Assembly (NCBI RefSeq): GCF_038025025.1
Contig: NW_027117342.1
Location: forward strand, 2,232,001 to 2,296,000
DNA: 64,000 bases
Origin: Phyllosticta citribraziliensis
Lineage: Eukaryota
Direction: 5' to 3'
In this document: positions 11,001 through 23,687 of the stretch, piece after piece
How positions within the stretch are numbered: position 1 is the stretch's first letter
Layout: each line of letters opens with the position of its first letter
Notes under the pieces: model-generated
The model's database searches: none
What the model saw: the letters and a program-made list of their open reading frames with translations, nothing else
What the model was told of the DNA's origin: nothing
Translations under genes and position numbers: made by a program

Positions 11001-13370
11001 CAACATGGACCGACGGTGACCCCTGAGCTCATGCACACGAAGTCACCCCTCGAACAACTTCAACTTGCACGGCCCAGTCGCTTGCAACAGGTTGGACGGA
11101 TACCTCTAGTTGTCAGCACAGGAGATCGGAGAAGAAACCCGAACCATTCAAGTTTTTCGAGACCTTTCGCCTCTGATCTACCCTCCCCAGCTCATCCTCC
11201 TCCGAACAACATTCTCGGATCTCCATTTGGTGATTCTCGAAAGCCGGGTACGCTGGCTTCGGAGGATCCTCCCGCGGGTCCTGCGCTTCCTCCCGATAGC
11301 ATCATTCCACGTCCGCTGTTCTGTAATGGGAGCGGTATCGGCAACTACGACGAACCAGCGTTTCAAAGAAGGACTTCAGGTCAGAGCGGGTATCAGCTCT
11401 CGGAATTTCTTGCCTTCCCACGCAAGTACTCGGAGATCTCGCACACGAGTAGCTCAAATGCAGGGTACTCGTCTTATGCTTTAACGCCCGGTCCACATCT
11501 GCCACCGGAAGAAGACGAAGTATGGCGGGAATACGACGACTTGATTGACGAAGTAATGAGTAGTCCAGATAATCGGACGCCGAAAAACCGAGAAGAGAGA
11601 AAACGGGCCAACCTAACCAAAGACAGCGTGACCGGAAAGTTTATGGAAAGGATGAGCCGACGATTTTCTGATCAAGCCCCTACTTCGTGGCTGCAAGATC
11701 CGAGTCGTCCAGGCACAGTCTTTGAGGAGCACCAGGACGGCGCAGAGTCTACGGAGCTGCCCAACCCGTTTGTGGAAAAGCCAAAGGTCGCGGTAGTCGA
11801 TTTCGAAGACGCGAATGTGTCGCCGAAGACCACTCGAGTCGCTCGAAATCCTTCAACTTCTGTTCACCTGCGACGCTCACAGATGCTCGCGAATTTCCAG
11901 CCACTCGCCATGCTTCAAACTGCTGGTCCGGTATATAACGCCCCACTGGAACCACCAAAGGACGTCAGTTTTACAGACCCGGAAGGGAGATTAAGCCTAC
12001 CTAGTATGCGTTTGAGTTTGGAGTCCGCCGAACTTGGATTAGGTGCTCCAAAATCGAATGAAGCGACTGGAGAATCTTCAGAGAATTCAAAGCCGGCAAA
12101 TGCGTCCTTATTTCAAACCCAAGCGGATGCAAAAGAATCGACCACCGCCGGCTTAGAAAGAGTGGAGGAGTCGCCCAAACCCATTGCTAGTGGCACTCGC
12201 TACCGGGACTCTCGCTTGATGGAAGCTTCCGAATATCAACATGACGGAGTGATTTCCATGGCCAACCTTAGAGTCGGGGCACTCAAAACGAGCAAGTGGC
12301 TGAGCTTCGGTCGCGTCCTGTTCAGTCCTGCCCATTCAGATCTTGAGGAAAGCAACGACGAAAGGGTCTTGATTCTGGATGGTCTAGGAAAAGGCGAGTG
12401 ACACTCTTAAAATTACGTGATCCAACATGAGCTAACCTTTTGGGCAGATTGGTCATACTTTTGTGCCCTCACTTACCCGCGCACCCATTTCTACTACCTC
12501 TCCCCCGCACCGTCCTCCTCGTCCCAATCGTCTGGTCCCATCAATCCGCCTCCAAACTATACCCACATTCACCACTCCCACGCCTCGGCCCCATTTCCTT
12601 TTCCTCGCGGCTTCTTCGCTGCCGTTGTCTACCGCTTCCCCACAGCTGCCCCCGAGTCCGTGTATCGCGTCATTGTTGGAGAATGCAAACGCGTCCTTCG
12701 ACCCGGCGGATACCTGGAACTGTCAGCCATTGACCTGGACTTGGTCAGCATGGGACAGCACGCACGCAAACGGGTGCGGGACTTGAAGTGGGAGATGCAG
12801 AACGTGGAGGCGGACGTGTGTCTGGCGAATGCAAGCGACATTCTTCTGAGGCTGGTCGGGCGGAGAGGTTTCGAGGCAATCAAAAGAGGCGTCGTCGGCG
12901 TCCCTGTGAGCGGCAGTTTGAGGAAGAGCGGTGGCGAGTCTGGCCTTGGTTCCGTCGCCACCGGCAGCACGACAGCATCTTCGACTACCGGTCCCACAAC
13001 GAGCCTCGGAAACCCTTCGTCGACTCAGCTTACGGAGCTCTCTTCCAACACTTCTCCCACCAACGCTACGTCTGGCACCCCACCAGATTTTGGCTTTGCT
13101 CCCGATCTTTCCTCCACTGCGTTCTCGGCCGCCACGCAGAATGACGACAACATGATTGCGCGTGTGGGACGGTGGTGGTACTCTCGGTGCTACGAGACAT
13201 CCATGCTTCCACGCAGCGAGAGCGGCAGCGGGAGCGACGCTGAGAAGAGGAGCATGTTTGCAGACCAGGCGCTGCTGCGTGAATGCGAAGAAAGAGGCAC
13301 AAACTTCCGGCTTTTGATCTGCTATGCACAGAAGCCGGAGCAAGTCAAAAGGCGGACGGTAAGCGTCTGA
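8091..13370 (+). CDS. Large Ser/Pro-rich fungal protein with C-terminal SAM-methyltransferase-like domain; exons 8091-12393, 12448-13370 (GC-AG intron)
   Basis: The 1485-aa and 317-aa ORFs join in frame through G|GCGAGT...GCTAAC...CAG, giving RVLILDGLGKDWSYFCALTYP; downstream FPFPRGFFAAVVYRF and ECKRVLRPGGYLEL are class I MTase-like motifs. Confidence 0.8.
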
Positions 13371-14640
13371 ATTCTTCCCTTCAGTCGCAGCAAGTTTCTT
13401 TTAGACCCTCGTATTTCCCATTTCGCCCGCTGCTCATCCCATCGCATCTCCCCTCCGTCTTCATAATGACCCAACCACTTGAATACTCCCAAGGATGCCC
13501 TCTTTCTTTGTTTTTGTTTTTCTCTTACACCGTACATACTTGCTGTCCTCCTCTATTGCCGTCAACGTCATCACCGTTGTCGTTTGTTGTTCCAGACATG
13601 GCGAGACACGGCGAGACTTTTGGAGAGAATTGTTGCGGGCTCGATGATGATACCCTGAGTGCGTGGTGTAGTTCAAGAGGCAGGCAGGCAGGTCGGTCGG
13701 TCGCTGGGCCTCGGAGTTTGTGGAGTCACTTTTTGGTTCCTGCATTTGCTTGTTTCCCTCCTCCTTCCGTCGCTGTTGCACACAGAGACCGAAACATAAA
13801 GGCCAACGAACCACCGGCGGGACGACGCAGACGTTGACGACGATGATATCACGACTGTAAAGAGAAACGAGACGGAGAAGACGTTTGAGCGACGCAACGC
13901 AACTCATGCATGCAGTCAGGTCTCTGGAGCATTTCTTTTGGCGCCATGATTGTTCTTTTGCCTTTTGCCTTTCCTACCTTCCTGCTCTTCTTCAACATCT
14001 CTCTTCGCTCTTTCGTTGCCTATCGTTGTACACAAAGACAGGCAAGCATATATATGCGTGCGCTACGACGGCTACGCACATGTAGTGCTGTAAATACGGT
14101 ACAGCAGAGTACAGCCAGCAGCAGTAGCGCAAAAGTCTACAGTTCCGTAATGGTGGTGGGAATATATGGAAATGATGCACGATCGCTTCATAGTCCTTGA
14201 TTGAGTGCATGCGTGTTTCGACTCAGGTTAAAATAGAAGCGCCAGGAGATCTTTGTCTAGCATCCGGCTTCAAACATCAAGTACAAATTGAAGAGACTTA
14301 GAGTCCAGAAGCGTCTTGAAGCCTCGCATGAGCTCTATTTTGATTGTGGTGTGGTGCTTTTGTTTATTCCGGATGCACAAGGGATGGAGGAATTTTTGAA
14401 CAAACAATCCACTTCCAACGAAATTCAACATCGTCATTAGGCGTTTGACATCGCGGGCGAATTCGGAGCCAAAGTGACGTTGGCACCTGTGGTAGGTATT
14501 AAAGCGGCCGGCGGAAGCGGAGCAGATCCCCAGGGAGCTTGGGCCACTTCCGCCCCGCCCCGCTCCGCCATTATTGGGTGGCCCGCCAGTCGACATCAAA
14601 CCCTCGTCGTCTTTCCTCTGCTCGCGCGTATGGATTCCCC

Positions 14641-16247
14641 ATGTCTCTTCTGCGGCACCAAGCGCAGAAATGCCTGGCTAATCAGGTAACCAACAAAGGG
14701 CTCAATGCCTTCATCACGGCCTCGAGCCCGGACGCCGTTTTGCGGCAGGTCGAGACGGCCTCTGGTACGTGGTTGCTCTCTTCCGGCTATACTCGATAGA
14801 AGAAGACTGATGAATGTGCGACGCAGAAGCAAACGACTCTGCCCTGCGCGGCCGCCTGATCGCCGTCAAAGACAACATCTGCACGACCGACCTGCCCACG
14901 ACATGCGCGTCTGGCATCCTGCGCAACTTCCGCAGCCCCTTCGACGCCACGGTCGTCGAGAAGCTGCGCGCAGCCGGCGCCATCGTCGCCGGCAAGACCA
15001 ATCTGGATGAGTTTGGCATGGGCTCGCACAATGTGCACTCGGCGTTCGGAGCCGCCTACCAGGTCGACGCCGAGGGGCGAGAGGTCTCGGCGGGAGGCAG
15101 CTCGGGCGGCAGCGCTGTTGCGGTTGCGACGGAGCAGTGTTGGGCGTACGTTTAAGTTCACCCACACACATTGCGGCGTTTGGACGCGGACTGACGGATG
15201 TCTAGGGCGTTGGGGACAGACACGGGCGGCTCAGTCCGCCTGCCGGCCGCGTACGCGGGCATCGTGGGCTTCAAGCCTTCGTACGGCCTGGTGTCGCGCT
15301 GGGGCGTGGTCGCGTACGCCAACTCGCTCGACACGGTGGGCGTGCTGGCCAGAGACACGGCAGCGGCCAAGCAAGTCTTCGACGCCATCAACGCGCACGA
15401 CGCCTCGGACCCGACCAGCCTAGCACCCAGCACGCGCTCGCGGATACGCGCCGCCATTGCCGCGCGCTCTGCGGCTTCGAACAACGGCGCAGGAAGCGTC
15501 CCGCTGCGCATCGGCGTCCCGACAACATACAACATCGCGGAGCTCTCGCCCGCGGTGCGGCGCGCGTGGATCAAGACGCTGCGCCAGCTGCGCTCGCTGG
15601 GCCACTCCCTCCACGCCGTGTCGCTGCCTGCGACGCCCTCGGCGCTGTCGGCCTACTACGTGCTGGCGCCGGCCGAGGCGTCGTCCAACCTGGCCAAGTA
15701 CGACGGCGTGCGGTACGGGACGCGAGCGGCGGGGCCGGACGGCGATGACAGCGGCGTGCTGTTCAGCGCCACGCGCGGCCGAGGCTTCGGCGACGAGGTC
15801 CGCCGCCGCATTGTGCTCGGCGCGTACACGCTGAGCTCCGAGGCCATGGACAACTACTTCATCCGCGCGCAGCGCGTGCGGCGGCTGGTGCAGCGCGAGT
15901 TCGACGCCGTGTTCAGGGCGCCGAATCCTCTGCTCGCGGCGGCGGCGCCTGGGCAAGTACAGGAAGATGAAGGCATCGACGTGCTCGTGTGTCCAACGGC
16001 GCCGGGACTGCCGCCGAGCCTGCAGGCGTTGAAGGAGACGAAGCCGGTCGATGCTTACGTCAACGACGTCTTGACCGTCCCCGCAAGCCTGGCTGGGTTG
16101 CCGGCAGTCAGCGTGCCTGTGGCCGTCGATGGCAGCAAGGAGCAAGGCGCCACTGTCGGCATGCAGGTGATAGGGCAGTACGGCCATGACGACCTGGTTC
16201 TCGAGGTTGGAGGCGTGGTTGGAGAATTCAAGCCAGAAGCAGCGTAG
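14641..16247 (+). CDS. HER2: Mitochondrial glutamyl-tRNA(Gln) amidotransferase subunit A (amidase signature); exons 14641-14764, 14827-15145, 15206-16247
   Basis: Motifs [60 protein letters not shown]; two GTACGT...AG introns restore the frame. Confidence 0.93.
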
Positions 16248-16898
16248 CATGTTCATGTTCATCATTCATATGAGCCCATGATGGGCCGAGTCCAGCTCAC
16301 GTCCACGGCGGTCCCACAAAATCGTCCCACCGCAAGATGTAGAATGCCATGCCTCGCGGTACTCTCACAATCTTCACTTTCGGCAGAAGTCAATCCCATC
16401 CCTGACTGCAGGTCGTGCTGTGGGGTTTTGTTTTGATTGGATACCCAGATAGATAGATCGCCGCAACTTGCAGCGCGCAAGAATGATTCGGCAACCATTG
16501 TGACCCAGAAACTGACAAAAGAACCCCCCTGAATGTGAACCAAACTCCCATTGCGTCTGCCTGGACGTGTCATAAGTAGTAGCCGTTCAAATGCCATCAC
16601 GGGAGTGATTCGACACGCAGTGTGTACCCGTGATTCCCGTGGCTCGTTGTTGCTGCGGAAGATGAAGTTGGTTGGTTTGGGAAGGGGACAAGTGCGAAAG
16701 ATCTGAAACAAATCTGCCGACTTTTTACATGTGCGCAACGATCCTGCTGCAGTTGCAGAACTGGCCAAGTCCACTCATCCACCCACATTGATGGGACCAG
16801 GTTTGCGTAGTCACTGACCACGACGTTGGAAATGCCGGAAAATGAGACGAAAAGAACTCTCTAAGGCGTCAATCGAGGATATTGGTCGTGGCATCATG

Positions 16899-18995
16899 TT
16901 ATTGCAATCTTTTTCTCTTCAGGTCGCTTTGTGGCTCATCCTCGTCGGCGCGTTCGGCCGTTTCCGCTGGGTTGAGCAAAGAATGAACGTTGGACGCCAT
17001 GCTGGAGCGTCGCGTGGGCGGCCCAGACGTGTCAAGCCCACGAAACGGAAACCGGGCCCCTGGCAGTGTCCACCCAGAGTCCGGGTTGAGGGAAGAGCCG
17101 GGCTCGTTTGGCGGAGGCGTAGCATTCCGCGAACCTGGATGCTGACGAGGGCCGCGGGGGATCTCGTATTGGGCGAGGGCGTCTCGGAGCTGCTGGTCGC
17201 CGGTAAGAGGAGCACGGTGTGGCGACGACGGCCACTGGGTCGAGCTGTGACCCGAGGCATAGGGGGAGTGATGTGATGGCGGGGGTGGCGCCTGCCAGCC
17301 GTGGAGCCGAATGTCGGCTGACGTGTGGCGTCTCGAGAGGTTTGCCGGGGGTGAGTTGCCGCCACCCATAGGAAGGTGAATTTGAGGCGGTGGTGGCGGT
17401 GGTGCCTGACCTGGCGGGCGGAGTGAGGAAGGAGAATAGTTTCCTTGGGCCAGAGAGCCATATCGGCGGGGCGACACAACTTGGAGCAGGTGAGATGAAG
17501 CAGGTCCTCTGTACGAAGGAGGCCGTCCGTTGTCTGCAAGCGATGGGCGTCGTTGGTCGCTTTGTGGAAGTTGTCGGGGGGAAGCGGGTGCCATACTGTC
17601 ATTCTGAAGATTTGAAAAGAACGGCGGCCGCACCGAATGCATGGTTTCCTGCTGTTGGTCTTCCATGGAACGAAGCATTTCTGACTGCCGAGTGATCTCG
17701 TTTTGCATGTTCGTCACTAACGCCATTAGCATCATCAATGTCGAAGCGTGGCATTGGCCTAGCTTACCGTCCCTGTGTATCGGATGGTCGGGCTCGGGAA
17801 TTATTGCCTTGAGAGTGTTTGACAGCTCATAGTTCCACTGTCCTCGTTAGCAGGCATGTTGAGAATTTCCAAGAGAAGCAAACCTGGTGGCAGCGCATGA
17901 GGCTGTCTGTGAGCATATGACATTTTTGATTAATGTAGGCGTAGCCATCTTCTGTCCGCGCCATTCGGCTGTGCATGTCGTATAGATTGTGCTCCAGCAT
18001 GCTTAGTCGGCTTTCGACAGGATCTGGCATGGGCTCGACAGGAGCGCTGGATTGAGGAGCAGATGATTTTGACCCCGTAGAAAACGAGTCACGATGTATG
18101 AGGGCATGCCTGGATGCCCTCCGTTTGATTTCCCTCAGGCCAACGAGGTCTCCTCGCTTAAAGTTGCCGTTGCCATGCTTAAACTCCCATAGCGGCGAGT
18201 CTGGAGAGCCTGTGTGGAATACGTCGCTCACTGTGGACAACGTCAGGGCAGCACACGAGTATAGAGAGGATTGCGTACCTTTGTGAAAGCCGTACATATT
18301 GAGCTGTCGCACAAAGGACGAGATATTTGTATGCTTAAAATAAGAACTGTAGCCAAGTAAGCTGTGATTCCTCGCTCCGGGGTCCAATCAGATGCTCACG
18401 AGAGAACTTTTGAGAATTCGGTGGATGGGGACATGACAAAACTTTCGTTGGAACTTGACCATGAGATCAAGTGCTGGATCGATTGATCTTCCAGCATGCT
18501 GTGCCATGGTCAGTCTCGTCAATCAAACTGCACGTTTGGCGCGGGAGCGTACTTGTAGAGTTTGTGGATAAAGGCCGTCTGTACAACTTTTGGCTGCTGC
18601 GCTGCAGCTGCCGCACCAATCCCCGAACTGCTATTGGTATTACCGCTTCCACTGGTGCCGTTGGCTGTCGTCTGCGAATTGTTGGTGTTGTTGGCGCTCG
18701 ACTTGGTGTTGCCGTTGCTGGCGCTTTCCGACTCGGCGCCAGACGACTGGGTTGGACCCAAGGTCTGGTTGGAGCCATTCCGGTGGGTTGCAGGACTATT
18801 CTGGGATTGTTGCGGAGGCCCCATGGATGTATTGTTGGTAGGAGTTACATCCATCGGGTCCCCTGCAGGTGCCGGAGGTGTCAACGACGAGGTTGCGGAC
18901 GAAGACGGGAGGATCGGTATAGTCTTTTGCATACCTGGACCCATGGCCTCGGCGGACAGAGGGCTTCGCCTGATTGACTCGGTACTGGCGGCCAT
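16899..18995 (-). CDS. SFL1: HSF-type DNA-binding transcription factor, Sfl1-like; exons 18995-18553, 18498-18400, 18346-18279, 18230-17884, 17837-17768, 17716-16899
   Basis: Spliced HSF domain QTAFIHKLYNMLEDQSIQHLISW...YFKHTNISSFVRQLNMYGFHKVSDVF...WEFKHGNGNFKRGD; coiled coil; C-terminal VHSLLNP motif; five GT-AG introns with branch sites. Confidence 0.88.
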
Positions 18996-19711
18996 GTTGT
19001 GGTCGTTTTTCAGGGTTTGCGGATCCGGCAAGTGGTACTTTTAGCTCGCTGTATGCGCCGATGACGGGCGATCAAGTAAGGATTTCGCGCAAGCAATGCG
19101 CGCAGAGGTCTCGAAATGGTGCTCGTTCTCTCGGTTGTATCATCTGCCAATGTGCCCTGCAGCCCGTCTCTTCCTAATAATAAATGGTCCGATCCGCTCA
19201 GGCTCAAGTCATCCTACAGAGGGTCCCTGGCAGATATAATCCAGAAGCATCGATCAGGGTGGGAGAGTAACGCTGAGGAGAGGTGTGCGGAGACCGGGGT
19301 GGCGCGCGGTGGATGCAGAACAAGCGAAGAAAAACTGGCGAACGAGGAAGCCAGGATGGCCGCGACTGGAGGAGGAGGGAGAGGCAGCGAGTCGGTCGAG
19401 GGCGACAGGAGAAGGGTCGTGGGGCGCGCGGGAGGGACAGGCGGGCAGGGGATGAGGAGGGAGGGTCGCTGGATTCGAATGTTCTGCGGGGGACGGACAG
19501 AGCTCCACAAAGTCGGAGAAGCGCGGTGTTGCGGCGCGGTCAGGGGAGCATGACCGTCAGTGCACCTGGGTTGGTTGCTGGAGGACGGAGTGGAAGAGTG
19601 ACGGAAGACAAGTCGACGGAGGTGCGGAGCGGCAAGTTAGCTTGTACCAAGGAAGGTCAAGGTAGTGCTGGAGGGAAGGTTGCGGCGGCGGCCACGGGAG
19701 CTTGGCCACCA

Positions 19712-19747
19712 CAGCTGGAGCTGGAGCTGGAGCTGGAGCTGGAGCTG
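19712..19747 (+). repeat. (GAGCTG)n hexanucleotide microsatellite, about 5-6 copies, between the divergent SFL1-like and F-box genes
   Basis: cagctggagctggagctggagctggagctggagctg read directly. Confidence 0.85.
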
Positions 19748-19875
19748 TCCGTCTGGTCTGCCGTGGTGTGTCGACCGAACCGAGGACTAGTACGTACGAC
19801 TACAAGACACGACACGACCGACCAGCATCGAGCCAAAACATTCCAACGGCCGCCTGTCCCACTTCTTCACTCCGC

Positions 19876-21642
19876 ATGCCACGCTCATGGCCCACCTGGA
19901 CCTGGCCGCCCGCTTTGCCCACCTCCCCGGTCCGCAAGCCCGCCGCGAAGCGTTCGTTCCCTACATGCTACCTACCCACACCACACGGCACTGACCACAA
20001 CCCTGCCAGCCTCGACGCCATTCTCGGCGAGCTCACTAGCTACGAGTGGCGCGAAACGGCCGACAAACTGCTCCGGCGCCCCTTTGCCTGTGATGTAGTT
20101 GGCAGCCTGCCCGTCGAAATTGTCGCCTCAATCTTCCTCCACCTCCCTCTAAACGCTCCGTTCCTGTATCAGACGGTATCGCATCCAAGCTAATGCTGCC
20201 GAGGCCCTGTCACATACTAAGCTGCTGCTGCTTCAGGTCAGCCGTCGTTGGCGAGACGTCCTATCGTCGTCGCACGTGATTTCATCGACGCTTGCTCAGT
20301 GGTACTCTGATGCCGATCCCAAGCTGCAGGGTGAGATTCAAGGACCACTCCAGGACGTCTACGGCACACAGCTTCTGAAAGCGGAACATGCTTGGCGGTT
20401 CCATCAGAACAAGCCTTACTGTAGTCGCCGCTACGTTTACTCCAGCCTACACTCGTCGCACTGCGATTTCAACGCGTCATGTGTCGGAGACAATATCTGC
20501 TGGCTAGACCAAAATGACGCCGGCCGAGTGCTCCATCTGTGCAACCTCCGCACGGGAGAGACGACTGCAATCCCCGGCGAGGCTCGGGAACAGATGTCAG
20601 CATTTGGTCTTTCGAGAAACATCGTTGCCTTCCTCTCTCGGAGCGGGTATGTTTTGCATATTTGTATCTACCAAACACGAGAAGCTGCTAACACGAGCTA
20701 GATTCTACGTGTACAACATCCAGAGCCATGAGCAACGCTACTTTCGCCTACCACATACTGGTAGTAACAAGACTATGACGCTCAGGGCGGGTGAAAACAC
20801 CGTGGCCATAGTCTACTACAAGCATCCTCGTCGGGAGGCTGATGTGTACTTGCACAAGGTCCACGAGCAAAAGACCGAGCACGTTTCTGTCAACGTTCCG
20901 ACGCCTGCGGATGTTCCAGGAGAGTAGGTATCTGTGTCATGAATCAAATTGACCTAGGTTGACTTTTGGCAGATTGGCAGTGACTGCACTGCTCTTGAAT
21001 GAAGACAGACGCATGGTTACACTATTCTTCATGGCGCTGGAGCAAGACGTCGAGTATCCTGAATATCGCGGGCTGCACTCCGTCAGCTATTCCTTCGGCG
21101 GAGAACGACTGCAAAGTGACAGCGCTTCACGACTGAATGAGGTAAACATGGAAGCACAGTTCCAGAAGACCCCACGAGCAGTCGACTACACCAACCAACG
21201 CTACATGTTTGAGGGCGACGCGAACTGGCGGACAATCCTCTATTTTGACAACGATATCGGCCGTTTCTCACACCAAGTGGTGTGCAAGTCAAAAAAGAAA
21301 ATGCTGGGCCACGATTTACGGGCCCCAATCTTTGAATGGAAAGGTATCAGGTACCGTGGTCCACACCGTGGTCCACCTTCTAGAGAAGACTGTTCAGCCG
21401 ATTGCGACATTTGCAAAAGCCCTGTGCCTAAGAATTTGGCCTCTAGCTTTCATTTCAGTACCCAGGCCATACTCGGAAACGAGCGTTTTCTAACAGTGTT
21501 TGGTCGAGTAGAGGGTGGTTATGGCAGTGAGTACTGCCATATCTACTGCTTTGACAAGCACATTGTGCTGCCGGACGATGTGATACCGGCAAGAGGGGTG
21601 GATTCGGTAGTGGTTTGCGAAGAGCCAGCATCTGCTACGTAA
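19876..21642 (+). CDS. F-box protein with divergent C-terminal region; exons 19876-20175, 20237-20646, 20702-20923, 20973-21642 (start codon uncertain)
   Basis: F-box motif DVVGSLPVEIVASIFLHL...YQT|VSRRWRDVL spans intron 1; three GT-AG introns link four ORF fragments in phase. Confidence 0.8.
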
Positions 21643-22450
21643 CAGCATAGCGAAGCAGCCGTTGCCATGGCGGCAAGAAACTACGAACACGTTTTCGGTC
21701 TCATGGAAGACAAGGCTTGGCGTTGGTTTGGCAGGCAGCCGCTTGTGACGTGTTCCTCGTCGCCCTCAGCCAAGCGTTTGACGGGTCGACAAGGAAGGTT
21801 ACCCATGTCAAAGTAGCTACCACGGCTGCTGATGATGGCGACATGTATTGTCCAAGGAGCAGATCTGCCTGTCGCGAAGAAGAAGAAGCACGAGTGGAGT
21901 GGAGGGTTGTTGAAGCAGACAATGGTGGTGGACTAGATGTTTCCGGAAGCTGGGGAGCGCACGATCCGATGTTTGGGATTGCGATGCGAAACCGGGTGGG
22001 CGGCGAACATGGATACAAGGACATGACCAATGGGAAGGCAGCCGAAGCGTGTAGTAGCTAGCTAACTCAGAGCGGCAAGGGACAGCGAAGGGGGACGGAA
22101 GAAGCGAGGGAATGGAAGCCTTCGTCAGGTCAGAGTTGAACCGAAGATGATGAGGGAGGGGGTGCATGGTTTGCAGCCTGAGGCTCCCGTCCAGTTGAGG
22201 TCCCGGTCCCCTCATCGGGCGGCGCCGCCGGCCGCAGAAGATCAAAGGCCGTGCCCTGTGCCCACGCGCCGCCGGTGCTAGCTTCGTTCTTGGTACTGCA
22301 TCAGGGCGCAGGGCAGAGGGCAGAAAAAAAGTTTCGCATTCGTGAAGGACTCAAAATTGTGAAATTGATATTTTGCCTATCCAACCTCACCCCTCGCCGC
22401 AAGCGCAAACCCTCACCCAGGTCGCCGTCGTCCTCACCCCCGCCTTCACC

Positions 22451-23687
22451 ATGGTCCAGAAGGTCTACGTCACTTACAACCAGGTCAGTTCTTTTCTCTT
22501 GGTACCCCTCCAGCATCAGGTAGACGCATGACCACGACGATCGAGCCAAAGAGGATCGACTCTGCCTGCTGGGACGGGGATGCGAAGCGACGCCAAACGA
22601 AGACAGGCGACGACACAGCAGTCGGCAGCCCGCTTCGAGACGATGGCGCTGCGTTTCACGAAACGGTTGCGCAATCCGACGCCGTCATGAGTTCGCTGCT
22701 GCACTGGCTAGACTTGCCCGCCTGCTTGCCCCAGCCTGCCTTGCTCAACCTCGCATCCACGCCGACGCGGACGCGGACGCGACGCCAAACCAACGGCTCG
22801 CCTGTCCGGGCAGTCCGTCACCAGCCTCATCCGCTTCGCTTTTCCCATTACTGCAATTGATTGGAGCCTGAGAGCGTCCAGTTCGATGATCCGAGGCTGA
22901 CCACGCCGGGGGTCGCTCCCGCAAACAGGTTCACAAGCTCTGCCAAAAGTCGGCCGAGCAGATCCTCAATGAGTTCAAGCCCAATCTCATGATTGCCATT
23001 GGCGGCGGCGGCTACGTCCCCGCACGCATCCTGCGGTACGTCCACCAAGAGAACCAACAAAGTCTCTAGAAGAGACGAGAGGAGCATGGTCGACAAGCAT
23101 CTGACACGCTCGCTCTCGCCTGCGCCAGGTCGTTCCTCAAGAAGCCCGGCAACCCCAACATCCCGATCCAAGCCATCGGGCTGTCGCTGTACGAGTCGCT
23201 CGGGACCGACGGCGACGTCGAGGAGCCCGGCACAAAGGTGACGCGCACGCAGTGGCTGGACCTGTCGTCGCTCGAGATGGCCAACCTGATTGGCAAAAAC
23301 GTCCTCATCGTCGACGAGGTCGACGACACGCGCACCACGCTCGAGTACGCCGTGCGCGAGCTGGAAAAGGACGTCGAGACGGCCACCCAGAAGCTCGGCC
23401 GCACCGGCGAGCGCACCACCTTTACCATCTTCGTCCTGCACAACAAGGACAAGGCCAAGCGCGGCACCCTGCCCCAGGACTTGATGGACGGCGGCAAGTA
23501 CCTGGCTGCCGAGACGGTGGGCGATGTTTGGTTGTGCTATCCGTGGGAGGCTACGTGAGTCCTCGTTTCCCACCCAGCGCTGCAAAGACTGCCCCAATCG
23601 ACTAACGCATGTTCCTCGAATAGCGACATTGACGAGCACGACCGCCTCGCCGCCGAGCAAGACAAGACCAGGAACGGCGCCGCTTAA
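22451..23687 (+). CDS. XPT1: Hypoxanthine/guanine/xanthine phosphoribosyltransferase (Hpt1/Xpt1 family); exons 22451-22483, 22929-23035, 23129-23554, 23624-23687
   Basis: MVQKVYVTYNQ|VHKLCQ...MIAIGGGGYVPARILR; PRPP-binding motif VLIVDEVDDTRTTL; WLCYPWEA|TDIDEH; three GT-AG introns. Confidence 0.92.

Noticed and set aside
22528..22860. 110-aa ORF inside HPT/XPT intron 1 as a nested gene
   Set aside because: No recognisable motif or clear coding bias; kept only as part of the intron finding.
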